A stretch of DNA of 44,834 nucleotides from a virus (lineage: Duplodnaviria > Caudoviricetes): positions 1-44,834 of the IMG/VR virus record IMGVR_UViG_3300005077_001095; one strand, written 5' to 3'. Within the stretch, counting starts at the first letter, position 1. Each line of letters starts with the position of its first letter. Below, one piece after another: positions 8,748 through 18,018 of this stretch. The notes below the pieces were generated by a model. The model was not told the DNA's origin and made no database searches. It worked only from the letters and a program-made list of their open reading frames with translations. The translations under genes and the position numbers were made by a program.

Positions 8748-9497
8748 ATGCCAACAACCAAGCCACTGCATTCGCTGCTGGCTCAAACCCAGTCCCTCAA
8801 CGGCTCGATGCACCAGGTGGTGCACGAGACCCAGAAGCTCTTCTCCGGACGGAAGGAAACCTTCCGCGGCGAGAGCAAGCGCACCGAGTACAAGGATTCC
8901 AACTTCTCCACGGAGTCCACCGAAACCCCCGTGACCACCACCGTCGAAGCACGCTTGGCTTACACGGCTGATCGATTGGTTCCTTGTCTGGATGCCTTGG
9001 TCACCAAGGAAGAGGCCAATTGCAGCGGCGTTGCCAAGGCAGAGCTGTTCATCAACAACCAGTCCTACGGCACCTTCTCGGCGTACGCCCTGGTAGCCCT
9101 GCTGAAGCGCTTCGAAACGCTTCGCAGCACCATCTTCGTCAACCTGCCCACGCTCAACCTGGGTGCCGGCAAGTGGGAAGACGCCCCGGACTACGAGCTC
9201 AAACACGTCCGGTGCTACAAGGAGGTCAAGAACCGCCAGGGAACCGAGCAGGTGCCCACCCAGCCGGTCGGGGGGAATGAGAAAACCCCTCCCGTGATGG
9301 TCACACGTCCCATCAACCTCGGTGAGATCCACACGACCTTCTACAGCGGCGAACTCACCCCCAACCGTGCCCACGAGATCCTGACCCGCGTGGATCAGGT
9401 GATCTTGGGCCTCAAGGATGCTCTGGCCAAGGCCAACCAGGCATCCATCACGGATGTCGAGATCTCCAAGAAGATCTTCGATTTCATCCTCAACTAA
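8748..9497 (+). CDS. conserved protein of unknown function (recalled as DUF7873-like)
   Basis: GGAGG RBS; strong GC3 codon bias; LHxLLA, TTV, KExAN, PTL, SG, AN and IFDFI pattern recalled from a widespread phage/bacterial family; family name not verified. Confidence 0.7.
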   Translation: MPTTKPLHSLLAQTQSLNGSMHQVVHETQKLFSGRKETFRGESKRTEYKDSNFSTESTETPVTTTVEARLAYTADRLVPCLDALVTKEEANCSGVAKAELFINNQSYGTFSAYALVALLKRFETLRSTIFVNLPTLNLGAGKWEDAPDYELKHVRCYKEVKNRQGTEQVPTQPVGGNEKTPPVMVTRPINLGEIHTTFYSGELTPNRAHEILTRVDQVILGLKDALAKANQASITDVEISKKIFDFILN

Positions 9498-9499
9498 CA

Positions 9500-10036
9500 A
9501 ACAACGTAGTGTAAGTGTAAAAACGACATTCAGTGTTAGCCCAAAGAGCTCTGGGGAATCACCTTCCCTAGCAAAAGCTCTCTACTAAGTGTCGAGTCTA
9601 GTGTCAGATTACTTTGCTGTTGTACCGATCGACCCGGAGAGTTGCAGGACCTGGAAACGGAGAGTAGAGTCCTCCTGGGGCCACCAAGGGAACTTTGAAG
9701 GATTACTTGTTGCGTGCTTGGCAATCAGCGGAACGCCGGTTTCAATGAGCCCCATGTACGACAAGTATTGAGAGTTAAACAGCCTTAGCACCCCCGGCGG
9801 GGAATCGCGGGCGAACGCCTCATGTTGTTCCAACAGAGTTCCCTACTATGGCCCCATCGAACAGAGTTAAGTTCACCAGGACAATTCAGTCTAAATGCCT
9901 GCTATCTGCGCGAGGAAGTTTGGCTGCAATGAGTAAAGTAGGAACAGTCAACCAGACCTGAAATCTGGAATGCGCTGATAACGCATGACATACAAATCTT
10001 GGCCCCGCTCGTAGGGTTAGCGGGCGGGGCTTCTTT
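9500..10036 (+). ncRNA. candidate large structured ncRNA
   Basis: No credible ORF; six nested long-range helices, AGTGT repeats, terminal terminator. Confidence 0.6.
10002..10036 (+). terminator. intrinsic terminator
   Basis: GCCCCGCTCG...CGGGCGGGGC followed by TTCTTT. Confidence 0.75.
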
Positions 10037-10053
10037 CAACTCAAGGAAACAAT

Positions 10054-11058
10054 ATGAGAAAATTAGCATCTATACAAGTAATTCAACAGCTAGAACCAAT
10101 TCCTGGAGCGGATGCAATAGAGACGGCTTCTGTACTTGGTTGGAAGGTTGTAGTAAAAAAAGGTGAGTTTAAGCAGGGTCAGTTTTGCGTTTATTGCGAA
10201 ATCGATTCTGTGTTTCCGCGCAGACCGGAATTTGATTTTTTAGCAGAACGCCATTATAGAATTAAAACGATCAAGCTAAGAGGACAAATATCACAGGGAA
10301 TTGTTTTCCCCTTAGATATATTGCCAGAGACTTACATAGCCAAAGAAGATGACGACGTAACGGAGCTTTTAGAAATAGTAAAGTATGAGCTCCCAGAAAG
10401 ATTTGCTATAGGCGGCTCAAGAGGATCTTTTCCAGGCTTCCTTAGGAAAACAGATGAAACCAGAATACAATCAATCCCTAGTGTTCTGGATATATTCAAT
10501 GGGAAGGCCTACTATATTACCCAAAAACTTGATGGAACATCAGCCACATACTACTATCATCCAGAACACGGATATGGGGCTTGTTCTCGTAACCATTTAA
10601 AGGATGATGGAGATAATGTATACTGGAATGTAGGTGTTAAAGAAGATATCGAAGTCAAGCTAAAGGACGCGTTTGAAAAATATGGTAGACCCTTTGCAAT
10701 ACAAGGGGAAATTTGTGGTCCGAACATACAAGGTAATAAGTTAGGTTTACCACATCATAAATTATTCTTATTCAACCTATACGACATTGATTTTGGAAAA
10801 TACGTTAATGGTCCTATAAATGATTGGTGTACAGTTCTTGGATTTACTCCAGTACCTCTCCTTGAAGAAGGAGATAACTTTGACTATACTCTTGCTGAGC
10901 TGCTAGAAAAAGCACGTGGCAAGTATCCTTCTGGTAAAAACCAAGAAGGTATAGTAGTTCGACTCAACAACGAGGAACTACAGTGTCGTGGAACCGCCGA
11001 AGGACGTCCTTCCTTCAAAGTCATAAATAATGATTTCCTGCTAAAAGACGAAACCTAA
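10054..11058 (+). CDS. ATP-dependent RNA ligase (DRB0094-like)
   Basis: N-terminal RKLASI/OB-type module; motifs KLDGTS, IQGEICG, EGIVVR, FKVIN. Confidence 0.88.
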   Translation: MRKLASIQVIQQLEPIPGADAIETASVLGWKVVVKKGEFKQGQFCVYCEIDSVFPRRPEFDFLAERHYRIKTIKLRGQISQGIVFPLDILPETYIAKEDDDVTELLEIVKYELPERFAIGGSRGSFPGFLRKTDETRIQSIPSVLDIFNGKAYYITQKLDGTSATYYYHPEHGYGACSRNHLKDDGDNVYWNVGVKEDIEVKLKDAFEKYGRPFAIQGEICGPNIQGNKLGLPHHKLFLFNLYDIDFGKYVNGPINDWCTVLGFTPVPLLEEGDNFDYTLAELLEKARGKYPSGKNQEGIVVRLNNEELQCRGTAEGRPSFKVINNDFLLKDET

Positions 11059-11073
11059 ACAAAGGAAAGTACA

Positions 11074-11409
11074 ATGCACGCTCTGTTTGTTCTCTTCGTA
11101 TTTCTAACTATCATCGTAACCATTTTTCAGTGGGCAGGTCTCTTCTACCTGGTCAAGGAAGACGAGTTAGAATCCCAGCGTATGATGATCAGTTTACTCA
11201 TTCCATGGGGGTTTTTAGTAATCTTAAATGATTACGTTCTATCCAAGGAAATGGAAAAGAAAGATTTCAAAGACATTAAAGTCTGCGAAGAATTCTGCGC
11301 ATCATACGTCAAGGGGTACAAAGCCTTGGATGAGGCAGAACGTCTAATCATCGCCGATCGCTGCAAGACCTGGCATGATATCTTCTCAAGGAGCAAGGTA
11401 ATTTCATGA
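11074..11409 (+). CDS. membrane protein
   Basis: Two hydrophobic segments; AAGGA RBS. Confidence 0.6.
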   Translation: MHALFVLFVFLTIIVTIFQWAGLFYLVKEDELESQRMMISLLIPWGFLVILNDYVLSKEMEKKDFKDIKVCEEFCASYVKGYKALDEAERLIIADRCKTWHDIFSRSKVIS

Positions 11410-11648
11410 AAACGGCTCTGGGAATTCTTCTAATTGTGGCAGGGCTTGTCTTTGGTCTCTGGGCAGGCATTTGGTGGGCATTTATTGGTGGAATAATCCA
11501 GGTGATTGTTGCCGCCAAAGCTACACCAATCGTAGCTTCTGCTATCGCCTGGGGAATCCTCAAGGTAATCTGTTCTGGGCTTATCGGATGGATTGCATTG
11601 GCGGTACTAGCGATCCCCGGAGCCGCATTCATCGCAAGCGATCAATAA
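11406..11648 (+). CDS. small membrane protein
   Basis: Almost entirely hydrophobic, 80 aa; ATGA overlap. Confidence 0.65.
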   Translation: MKTALGILLIVAGLVFGLWAGIWWAFIGGIIQVIVAAKATPIVASAIAWGILKVICSGLIGWIALAVLAIPGAAFIASDQ

Positions 11649-11675
11649 CAGGTGGGGCTCATCTGAGCCCCTTAT

Positions 11676-11747
11676 GCGTCGGTAGCTCAATGGTAGAGCT
11701 CCAGTTTTCCAAACTGGACGTTGCGGGTTCGAGCCCCGTCCGGCGCT
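11676..11747 (+). tRNA. tRNA-Gly(TCC)
   Basis: Acceptor GCGTCGG/CCGGCGC, anticodon arm CCAGT-TTTCCAA-ACTGG, T loop TTCGAGC. Confidence 0.95.
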
Positions 11748-11767
11748 TACAAACAAAGGAACCCACG

Positions 11768-12160
11768 ATGGAACAGTCTTTAGAGATTAACCTTCATAAG
11801 TTGATTATGGAAGACTCTTCGGAAATCATTAGAGTCTTACTAACCATAGCCAAAACCCACCCTGAAGTGTTGGAAAGTGCAATAAGACATAACTCTTCAA
11901 GAAGAGCCTTGTTATTTACTACTTTGGAGCGGGCAATTGCATTAGCAGACAGTGGAAAAGTGATCTCAGCAATTAAATTAATAAGAAGCCCTCTTGAGGT
12001 AGAAGGTCCATTACCTGATGAAACCCGGGTAATAGTAATGGGCCTTAAAGAAAGCAAAGACACAATGGACGCCATAAGAACCTATGTGAAGGCTTTCGAT
12101 CAAGCCTTCAATCATATGGAAAAGGAGGAAGATCTTGAACATCCAGCAGCCAACAGCTGA
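11768..12160 (+). CDS. protein with ribosomal L7/L12 C-terminal-like motif
   Basis: KVISAIKLIR...GLKESKD resembles KIxAIKxxR...GLKEAK; start moved to the ATG after the tRNA with AAGGA RBS. Confidence 0.55.
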   Translation: MEQSLEINLHKLIMEDSSEIIRVLLTIAKTHPEVLESAIRHNSSRRALLFTTLERAIALADSGKVISAIKLIRSPLEVEGPLPDETRVIVMGLKESKDTMDAIRTYVKAFDQAFNHMEKEEDLEHPAANS

Positions 12161-13046
12161 TTATGGTGTAATAGTGGGTAGGTTTCAAGTAAGCCAACTC
12201 ACGGCGGCCCATCATGACCTGATAGCTGGAGTCCTGCAAAGACACAGGCAGGTACTGGTCATTGTAGGGTGTACCCCCGGAAACCTTACTAACAAGGCTA
12301 ATCCATTATCCTACGCGGCTAGGACTATAATGCTACGGGATAGCTTCCCACTTATTCTCACTGAGGGACTTCAGGATATGCCCTCGGATGAAGATTGGTC
12401 CAGGGAAATGGACAAGATTATCCGAAGAGTTTTCCCGATGGGATCAGTGCTTCTATATGGAGGAAGAGATTCCTTCATACCGCACTATCACGGAAATTTC
12501 CCCACGGCTGAGGTATCTACGGTGGTATCTCTTTCGGGAACCGAGCAAAGAAATCAAATAAGGACACAAGTTCCTACCACAACTGAGGGAAGGGCAGGGG
12601 TCATCTTTGCTATTGAGAATCAGTACTCTTCCTTCAAGCCCTGTGTGGATATCCTCTGCTACAATCCTGCAACAAAGGAAATTCTGCTTGCAAAGCGTAA
12701 TTCAGAACCTGGTTGGAGAATGCCTGGTGGTCATGCAGACATCGAAAAGGATAATTCCTACGATGACGCTGCCAAAAGGGAATTCTATGAAGAGATGGGC
12801 CACACCATAGAAGCCGACAACTTTCAAATGTTATTCAGCTTCAAGGTGGACGATCCCCGTTATCGTACATCAAGTGACAAGATCATGACTCTGGTGTTCT
12901 CAGCGCAGTATGTCCATGGTTTTCCTAGAGCTTCTGACGACATCGATGAAGCCAAGTGGTTTCCCATAGGACAACTTCCAAATCTTATGCCGGAGCACAA
13001 AAACGCGATCGCTCAGGCCTGCCATAAAATCCTCACCCAAAAATAG
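12135..13046 (+). CDS. nadM: bifunctional NMN adenylyltransferase / Nudix hydrolase
   Basis: GRFQ..H nucleotidyltransferase motif, SGTEQR, Nudix box GG..D..AAKREFYEEMG; AAGGAGG RBS with TTG start. Confidence 0.85.
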   Translation: MNIQQPTADYGVIVGRFQVSQLTAAHHDLIAGVLQRHRQVLVIVGCTPGNLTNKANPLSYAARTIMLRDSFPLILTEGLQDMPSDEDWSREMDKIIRRVFPMGSVLLYGGRDSFIPHYHGNFPTAEVSTVVSLSGTEQRNQIRTQVPTTTEGRAGVIFAIENQYSSFKPCVDILCYNPATKEILLAKRNSEPGWRMPGGHADIEKDNSYDDAAKREFYEEMGHTIEADNFQMLFSFKVDDPRYRTSSDKIMTLVFSAQYVHGFPRASDDIDEAKWFPIGQLPNLMPEHKNAIAQACHKILTQK

Positions 13047-13054
13047 GACCCAAC

Positions 13055-14440
13055 ATGCGCAACAACTTCATTCTCAAAACGGACAGCTACAAGCCAAGTC
13101 ACTGGCCTGTGCTGGATCCCGAAGTCACCCACTCTTACTCATACTTTGAGAGTCGTGGTGGCCGATACGCAGGAACAATCTCCTTTGGGCATCAGGCCAC
13201 ATTGATGGAACATTTCCTCGGACAGCAGGTCACTCAGGAGAAGATCGATTACGCCCATGAATTCCTACGTCAGCACTTCGGATTCGACCTCATGAATCGA
13301 GCTGGCTGGGAACACATCCTTTCCAAGCACGAAGGTAGGTTACCTTTGGAAATCAAGGCTGTTGCCGAAGGTACTTACGTACCAGCGCACAACGTTTTGA
13401 TGACGGTGGAAAACACCGATCCCAAGGTGCCTTGGCTAACCAACTATGCTGAGACACTTCTGGTACAGGATTGGTATCCACTCACCATTGCCAGCAACTC
13501 CAATTCCTGTCGTAACATCATGCTGGACTTCCTGGAAAAAACAGGTGATCCTTCACGAATCGATTTCATGCTGCATGACTTCGGTTTCCGGGGTGTTACC
13601 TGCTGGGAACAAGCTGCAATTGGTGGTATGGCACATCTGCTGATGTTCAATGGCACTGACACACTTGCGGCAATCGAAGCTGCCAAGCACTACTACGATG
13701 CGCCAATGTGTGGTTTTTCCATTCCTGCCACTGAGCACTTCGTCATGACCATGCGCGGCCGGGACCAAGAAGCAGCCGTAGTTGACGCACTACTCGATGC
13801 CTATCCTGAAGGTCTCGTGGCTTGCGTAGGTGACCAATACAACATCTTTGAGTTCTGCCGCATGTTGAGTAACGCGCACTTCAAGCCGCGCATTCTTGGA
13901 CGCAACGGTACATTCGTAGTGCGGCCAGATTCTGGTTCGCCTCCCGAAGTGGTCTGCAAAGTTCTGGAGATCCTATGGCATGGGTTTGGCGGCACGTTCA
14001 ACAGCAAGGGATACAAGGTGCTCGATCCCCATATCCGTGTCATTCAAGGAGATGGCATCGATCACCAAATGATCCATATAGTGCTCGCCGCCATGATGGC
14101 CCACGGATTCAGTGCAGACAACATCGCGTTTGGTTCCGGTGGTGGCCTTCTCCAAAAATTCGATCGCGACACCAACCGTTTCGCCTTCAAGTGCTCCTCA
14201 GTGCAAGGAAGCTTCGGACAACGGGACGTATACAAGGATCCGATCACGGACATGGTCAAGACCTCCAAGCGAGGACGACTCTCCCTGATCAAGAACGGAC
14301 AGGGACAATTTCAGACGGTTCCACAACACACGGTGGATCCCGCCGAAGATTTCCTTCAAACCGTGTTTCTCAATGGTGAACTCGTCAATCGGCAAAACTG
14401 GGCTGATATCGTAGGACGTGCTCGCCGTTACAAGGTTTAA
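13055..14440 (+). CDS. nadV: nicotinamide phosphoribosyltransferase (NAMPT)
   Basis: TDSYK, HDFGFRG, SIPATEH, VRPDSG, IQGDG and FGSGGGLLQ motifs. Confidence 0.93.
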   Translation: MRNNFILKTDSYKPSHWPVLDPEVTHSYSYFESRGGRYAGTISFGHQATLMEHFLGQQVTQEKIDYAHEFLRQHFGFDLMNRAGWEHILSKHEGRLPLEIKAVAEGTYVPAHNVLMTVENTDPKVPWLTNYAETLLVQDWYPLTIASNSNSCRNIMLDFLEKTGDPSRIDFMLHDFGFRGVTCWEQAAIGGMAHLLMFNGTDTLAAIEAAKHYYDAPMCGFSIPATEHFVMTMRGRDQEAAVVDALLDAYPEGLVACVGDQYNIFEFCRMLSNAHFKPRILGRNGTFVVRPDSGSPPEVVCKVLEILWHGFGGTFNSKGYKVLDPHIRVIQGDGIDHQMIHIVLAAMMAHGFSADNIAFGSGGGLLQKFDRDTNRFAFKCSSVQGSFGQRDVYKDPITDMVKTSKRGRLSLIKNGQGQFQTVPQHTVDPAEDFLQTVFLNGELVNRQNWADIVGRARRYKV

Positions 14441-14448
14441 GCACCAGT

Positions 14449-14531
14449 GCTCGGGTGGCGGAATTGGTAGACGCGCCGGTCTCAAAAACCGGTGGGCTTT
14501 GCCCGTGTGGGTTCGACTCCCACCCCGAGTA
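14449..14531 (+). tRNA. tRNA-Leu(CAA)
   Basis: Acceptor GCTCGGG/CCCGAGT, anticodon arm CCGGT-CTCAAAA-ACCGG, long variable arm, T loop TTCGACT. Confidence 0.95.
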
Positions 14532-14536
14532 TTTAT

Positions 14537-14545
14537 GGTATAAGA
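14537..14545 (+). promoter_or_regulatory. GGTATAAGA motif (copy 4)
   Basis: Intergenic, upstream of clpP. Confidence 0.65.
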
Positions 14546-14573
14546 TATTCGTAACAACCAACAAGAGGTAAAA

Positions 14574-15143
14574 ATGTTGATCCCAACTGTAATTGAGTCG
14601 ACACATCGTGGCGAAAGAGCTTTTGACATCTTCTCTAGACTGTTAAAAGACCGAGTGGTTTTCTTGGGTGATCAGGTTAATGATCACACAGCAAACTTGA
14701 TCATAGCACAATTACTATTTTTGGAATCGGAAGGACCAGGCAAAGACATCAATTTTTATATCAACAGCCCGGGAGGGTCTGTATATGATGGTTTAGCCAT
14801 CTATGATACTATGCAATATATCTCGTCACCAGTGTCCACTATCTGTGTGGGCAAGGCAATGTCGATGGGAGCTTTTTTACTTGCGGCGGGAGCGCCAGGA
14901 AAGAGACGCGCCCTGAAGAATAGCAGGATCATGATCCACCAACCAATGGGGGGTGCTCGGGGACAGGCCTCTGAGATCGAAATCCAAGCTACCGAAATCC
15001 TAGACCTAAGAAAGAGGCTAAATGATCTATTAGCCTTGCATACAAAGCAGCCTTTGGAACGTATTGAAAAGGATACTGATCGTGATAAATTTATGTCGCC
15101 ACAGATGGCGCTAGAATATGGAGTAATTGATCAACTGGTATGA
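14574..15143 (+). CDS. clpP: ATP-dependent Clp protease proteolytic subunit
   Basis: DIFSRLL, YINSPGG, catalytic Ser (AMSMGA), His (MIHQP) and Asp (DRDKF). Confidence 0.95.
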   Translation: MLIPTVIESTHRGERAFDIFSRLLKDRVVFLGDQVNDHTANLIIAQLLFLESEGPGKDINFYINSPGGSVYDGLAIYDTMQYISSPVSTICVGKAMSMGAFLLAAGAPGKRRALKNSRIMIHQPMGGARGQASEIEIQATEILDLRKRLNDLLALHTKQPLERIEKDTDRDKFMSPQMALEYGVIDQLV

Positions 15144-15310
15144 AAAACATTGAAGTAGTGTGCCCTATGTGCGGCGTAGTAGTTCGAGATGAGACACTAG
15201 AACCTAATCAAGCGCCTCCTCCTAAGTATGAACTATGTGAAAATTGCGCCGATAATGATGGCTCTCGTGAAAGAATAGTAAGAAAAAGGCGTGGAAGAAA
15301 TGAGGACTGA
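15140..15310 (+). CDS. 56-aa zinc-finger protein (not in ORF track)
   Basis: [12 protein letters not shown]...LCENCAD; ATGA overlap with the clpP stop. Confidence 0.55.
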   Translation: MKNIEVVCPMCGVVVRDETLEPNQAPPPKYELCENCADNDGSRERIVRKRRGRNED

Positions 15311-15671
15311 TGAATTAGAGGAAAGGGCCGAAAAAAGTTTACTATCGGCTCTGATTGCCTATCCTCAAAGGGCACAGAATCTATTAAAGGCAATCAAAGA
15401 GGGCAGAATTGACGGCTCGGAACATAATGCAATATTAGGTTTTCTTTCCGATGACGAAGAGATTACTTATATTGCCTCAGGTGTTGGCAATCATCCTATG
15501 GATTTACCCCCGATCGAAATATTTGTATTAGGGGTAAGGCTTGGGGACACCCCGGAGAATAATGAAGAGCTGGCTGTAGCTGCTGAAACCGTACTAGATT
15601 TCCTTAAGTCAACACGAATGGATCACCTAGGAGACCTATCACATGAGGGGTGGGTCGATAAGATTTATTAA
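15291..15671 (+). CDS. hypothetical protein
   Basis: 126-aa acidic ORF; true start may be ATG 15300. Confidence 0.6.
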   Translation: MEEMRTDELEERAEKSLLSALIAYPQRAQNLLKAIKEGRIDGSEHNAILGFLSDDEEITYIASGVGNHPMDLPPIEIFVLGVRLGDTPENNEELAVAAETVLDFLKSTRMDHLGDLSHEGWVDKIY

Positions 15672-15685
15672 ACGGGAGACAACCC

Positions 15686-16213
15686 ATGCCCAAGCAAGGC
15701 AAACCAAGACTCAAGCGGGTCAGTGAAGTACGATATGTACTGATCCAGCCCAAGGAAAAGGTGGAAAACCACCGTCCCACACGTACGCGTGTCCCAACCA
15801 GCCGCAATGTCTTCATGATCTATGCGACTGCCCAGGATGCAATGTTGACCGCTCGCAATCCACCGTCCAAAGTGGAAGAGGGTTACCAAGAGCCTCCTGT
15901 GGTATCCATCGCAGTCCACAAGGGAACATGCGACGCGGCTTACAGTTTGAAGTCCACCAAGGACATCAACCACGATCGGAAAGAAGGCTTCGGCTATGCC
16001 TATGATCGGCTGGCTGCCGCAATCCTCGATTTCGAGCCAGAAGAGCTCGCTTCGGCATCGCGCCGCCGTCTTTTGGTCTCTCCCCCCAAAGTTCGCCCCG
16101 ACTTTTTGGAAGCCTCTGGTTTCCAGTCGAAGGCCGAACTGGAAGCACACATCAACAAGCTGGTCACCGATGTGTTTACCAAGGAAAAGACCCGCAAACC
16201 CAAACATAAATGA
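15686..16213 (+). CDS. hypothetical basic protein
   Basis: GGGAG RBS, followed by a terminator. Confidence 0.7.
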   Translation: MPKQGKPRLKRVSEVRYVLIQPKEKVENHRPTRTRVPTSRNVFMIYATAQDAMLTARNPPSKVEEGYQEPPVVSIAVHKGTCDAAYSLKSTKDINHDRKEGFGYAYDRLAAAILDFEPEELASASRRRLLVSPPKVRPDFLEASGFQSKAELEAHINKLVTDVFTKEKTRKPKHK

Positions 16214-16219
16214 TAGGAA

Positions 16220-16249
16220 AAAGAGCGGGGAAATCCCCGCTCTTTCTTT
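16220..16249 (+). terminator. intrinsic terminator
   Basis: AAAGAGCGGGG-AAAT-CCCCGCTCTTT followed by CTTT. Confidence 0.75.
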
Positions 16250-16252
16250 ATT

Positions 16253-16477
16253 ATGCAAATAGTTGTAGATAAGTGTAGATTCTGTGGAATGGCCTATTTA
16301 GGCTTATTGCCAGAAGGCTTTGAGACAATTGCACAGAAGTTCTTAGAATTTCCTCATGTACAGGAAAACCTAACAGAAACCAATAATTTAGATATCTGCC
16401 CTCCGTGTATAGAGCATGAGGTAAGACATTTTGAAGAAACACAAACAAGTTTTTTATGGGGTGAAGAAAATGATTAG
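16253..16477 (+). CDS. small zinc-finger protein
   Basis: CRFC and CPPC motifs. Confidence 0.55.
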   Translation: MQIVVDKCRFCGMAYLGLLPEGFETIAQKFLEFPHVQENLTETNNLDICPPCIEHEVRHFEETQTSFLWGEEND

Positions 16478-16724
16478 TGCTCAGGAAGAGCTCGCAATAG
16501 CAAAGCAACAACTTGAAATATATGAGGCGTTTTTTGCAGGAAAAGAGGCTTTTTTCTCTAATACACCAAAACCAAAGTACGAAAATGATGACGTAGCAAG
16601 TAGTTGGTCAGCAGGTGTTAACGAGGCAATGGAACAAGACAAAATGCAAAAGCAATTAGCATTATGTAAAACTTTAGTAAATGCTTTTAAGGATGTATAT
16701 GACGGATTCTACTATACTGATTAA
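16470..16724 (+). CDS. hypothetical protein
   Basis: Start moved to ATG 16470, overlapping the upstream stop. Confidence 0.55.
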   Translation: MISAQEELAIAKQQLEIYEAFFAGKEAFFSNTPKPKYENDDVASSWSAGVNEAMEQDKMQKQLALCKTLVNAFKDVYDGFYYTD

Positions 16725-17151
16725 ACTAGAACTAGAAGATAGGTTTAATAATTTTAAACCTAAAATAGTAAATGTTTTGTATGACCCAAATGAACCTTTT
16801 CTGGCGGGGCAACTTGAGCACGTTGTACAAAATCAATTAAATGCGTTAGTAGCAGAAGAACTCCGAAATACCCAACTATTAAAACAACTAGTAAGACTTC
16901 TTGTAAACTCTCCAATTACAATGGTGGGTCTACAATCAAAGAACCATCACGAACAACAGGCTGCTTTGGATCTAGTTAATTTTATTAAGGATTGTTTTAG
17001 TCTACTTACTACCTCTATTCCTGATACAGAACCAGTAGGTCTAAAAATAGTAATGTTGATAAACGCTGTACTAGAACTTAACAAGGATCCCCAAAACGAA
17101 AAGGCTCATAAAGCACTTCAAGCGGCTGCAAAGGCCTTGGAAAAATTATAA
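16681..17151 (+). CDS. hypothetical protein
   Basis: Helical-looking ORF ending at a bidirectional terminator; start uncertain. Confidence 0.6.
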   Translation: MLLRMYMTDSTILIKLELEDRFNNFKPKIVNVLYDPNEPFLAGQLEHVVQNQLNALVAEELRNTQLLKQLVRLLVNSPITMVGLQSKNHHEQQAALDLVNFIKDCFSLLTTSIPDTEPVGLKIVMLINAVLELNKDPQNEKAHKALQAAAKALEKL

Positions 17152-17172
17152 AAGAAGGTTACCCTTCTTTTT
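17151..17172. terminator. bidirectional terminator
   Basis: AAAGAAGG-TTAC-CCTTCTTT with flanking A/T runs between convergent genes. Confidence 0.65.
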
Positions 17173-17176
17173 TAGA

Positions 17177-17584
17177 TTATAGATGTTTAACTATATTTTT
17201 AAAAACTATTATAGAACCTGCCATGTGTCCATTCTCTGGCCATTGTACTACATCATAGTCTCTATGTATATAGCTACATTCGGTCTTACCAGAACATTCT
17301 TCCATGCAGGAAAGTTTTTTTAGAAAAGCTTGGTTAAGATTAAAACAAGGAGGTAATAATTTAGAAATATGGATGCCTGTTAAATCGCCAAACTCCTCCA
17401 AACCAAATTCTTCTGCAAAAGAGTGTGTCCAAATGACCGCCTTTAAATCTTTGTCTAACATTATAATAGGAACTGGACAATATTTTATAAAGGCTTTTAT
17501 TACCAAAACAGAACTTACACTGGCCTCAATACTTGCTTGTAGTTCCTCCAAGCTTTTTTTAAATTGTGTGTCTTCCATGTCCAT
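17177..17584 (-). CDS. PAS-domain-like protein
   Basis: CPVPIIMLDKDLK...FAEEFGL...LTGIHISKLLP matches the PAS consensus pattern; AAGGAG RBS. Confidence 0.55.
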   Translation of the reverse strand: MDMEDTQFKKSLEELQASIEASVSSVLVIKAFIKYCPVPIIMLDKDLKAVIWTHSFAEEFGLEEFGDLTGIHISKLLPPCFNLNQAFLKKLSCMEECSGKTECSYIHRDYDVVQWPENGHMAGSIIVFKNIVKHL

Positions 17585-17589
17585 CTCCT

Positions 17590-18018
17590 TTAGGGAAAAA
17601 TTCCCGGAAATAAAAGATTAATAATGATACCCAATACAGGAAGTAAAAGCGCCCAAAACAATCTACGAGTAAATTTCATAGATTTTTCATGATCATCTAG
17701 TTTAACAAAAAGCTTTTCGTCTTCAACCTTTTTAATAAAAGTATCATAAACAACCGTTTTAGCAATAAGACCTTCTTTGGGATCATATACTTTGTTTTCT
17801 AACTCTTCTATTCTTAGATCAACCGTTTTTTTAAACTCTTGTAAACTTATTTTCAGGTCATGAATATCTTTAGTTTGTTGTTTTTCATGTTCTGTATTTA
17901 AAACCTGGGCGGTCTTTAATTCATTAACCGTATTAGCTATCTCTTTAAGATACTCTAGCATAGCAGGCATATTCTGCATTTGCTCAATTATATTTAGTAG
18001 TTTAGGATCAGTTGCCAC
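17590..18018 (-). CDS. coiled-coil protein with C-terminal TM helix
   Basis: Heptad-like region then LFWALLLPVLGIIINLLF. Confidence 0.65.
   Translation of the reverse strand: MATDPKLLNIIEQMQNMPAMLEYLKEIANTVNELKTAQVLNTEHEKQQTKDIHDLKISLQEFKKTVDLRIEELENKVYDPKEGLIAKTVVYDTFIKKVEDEKLFVKLDDHEKSMKFTRRLFWALLLPVLGIIINLLFPGIFP

Noticed and set aside
8637-9500. 287-aa antisense ORF and similar shadow ORFs in clpC, nadV and the RNAP gene
   Set aside because: Mirror frames of real genes, favoured by codon bias.
9500-10036. Group I intron, tmRNA or RNase P RNA
   Set aside because: Only partial look-alikes (GGCAATCAGC, GAGGAAGT). No full core motifs, no tRNA-like CCA end and no interrupted gene.
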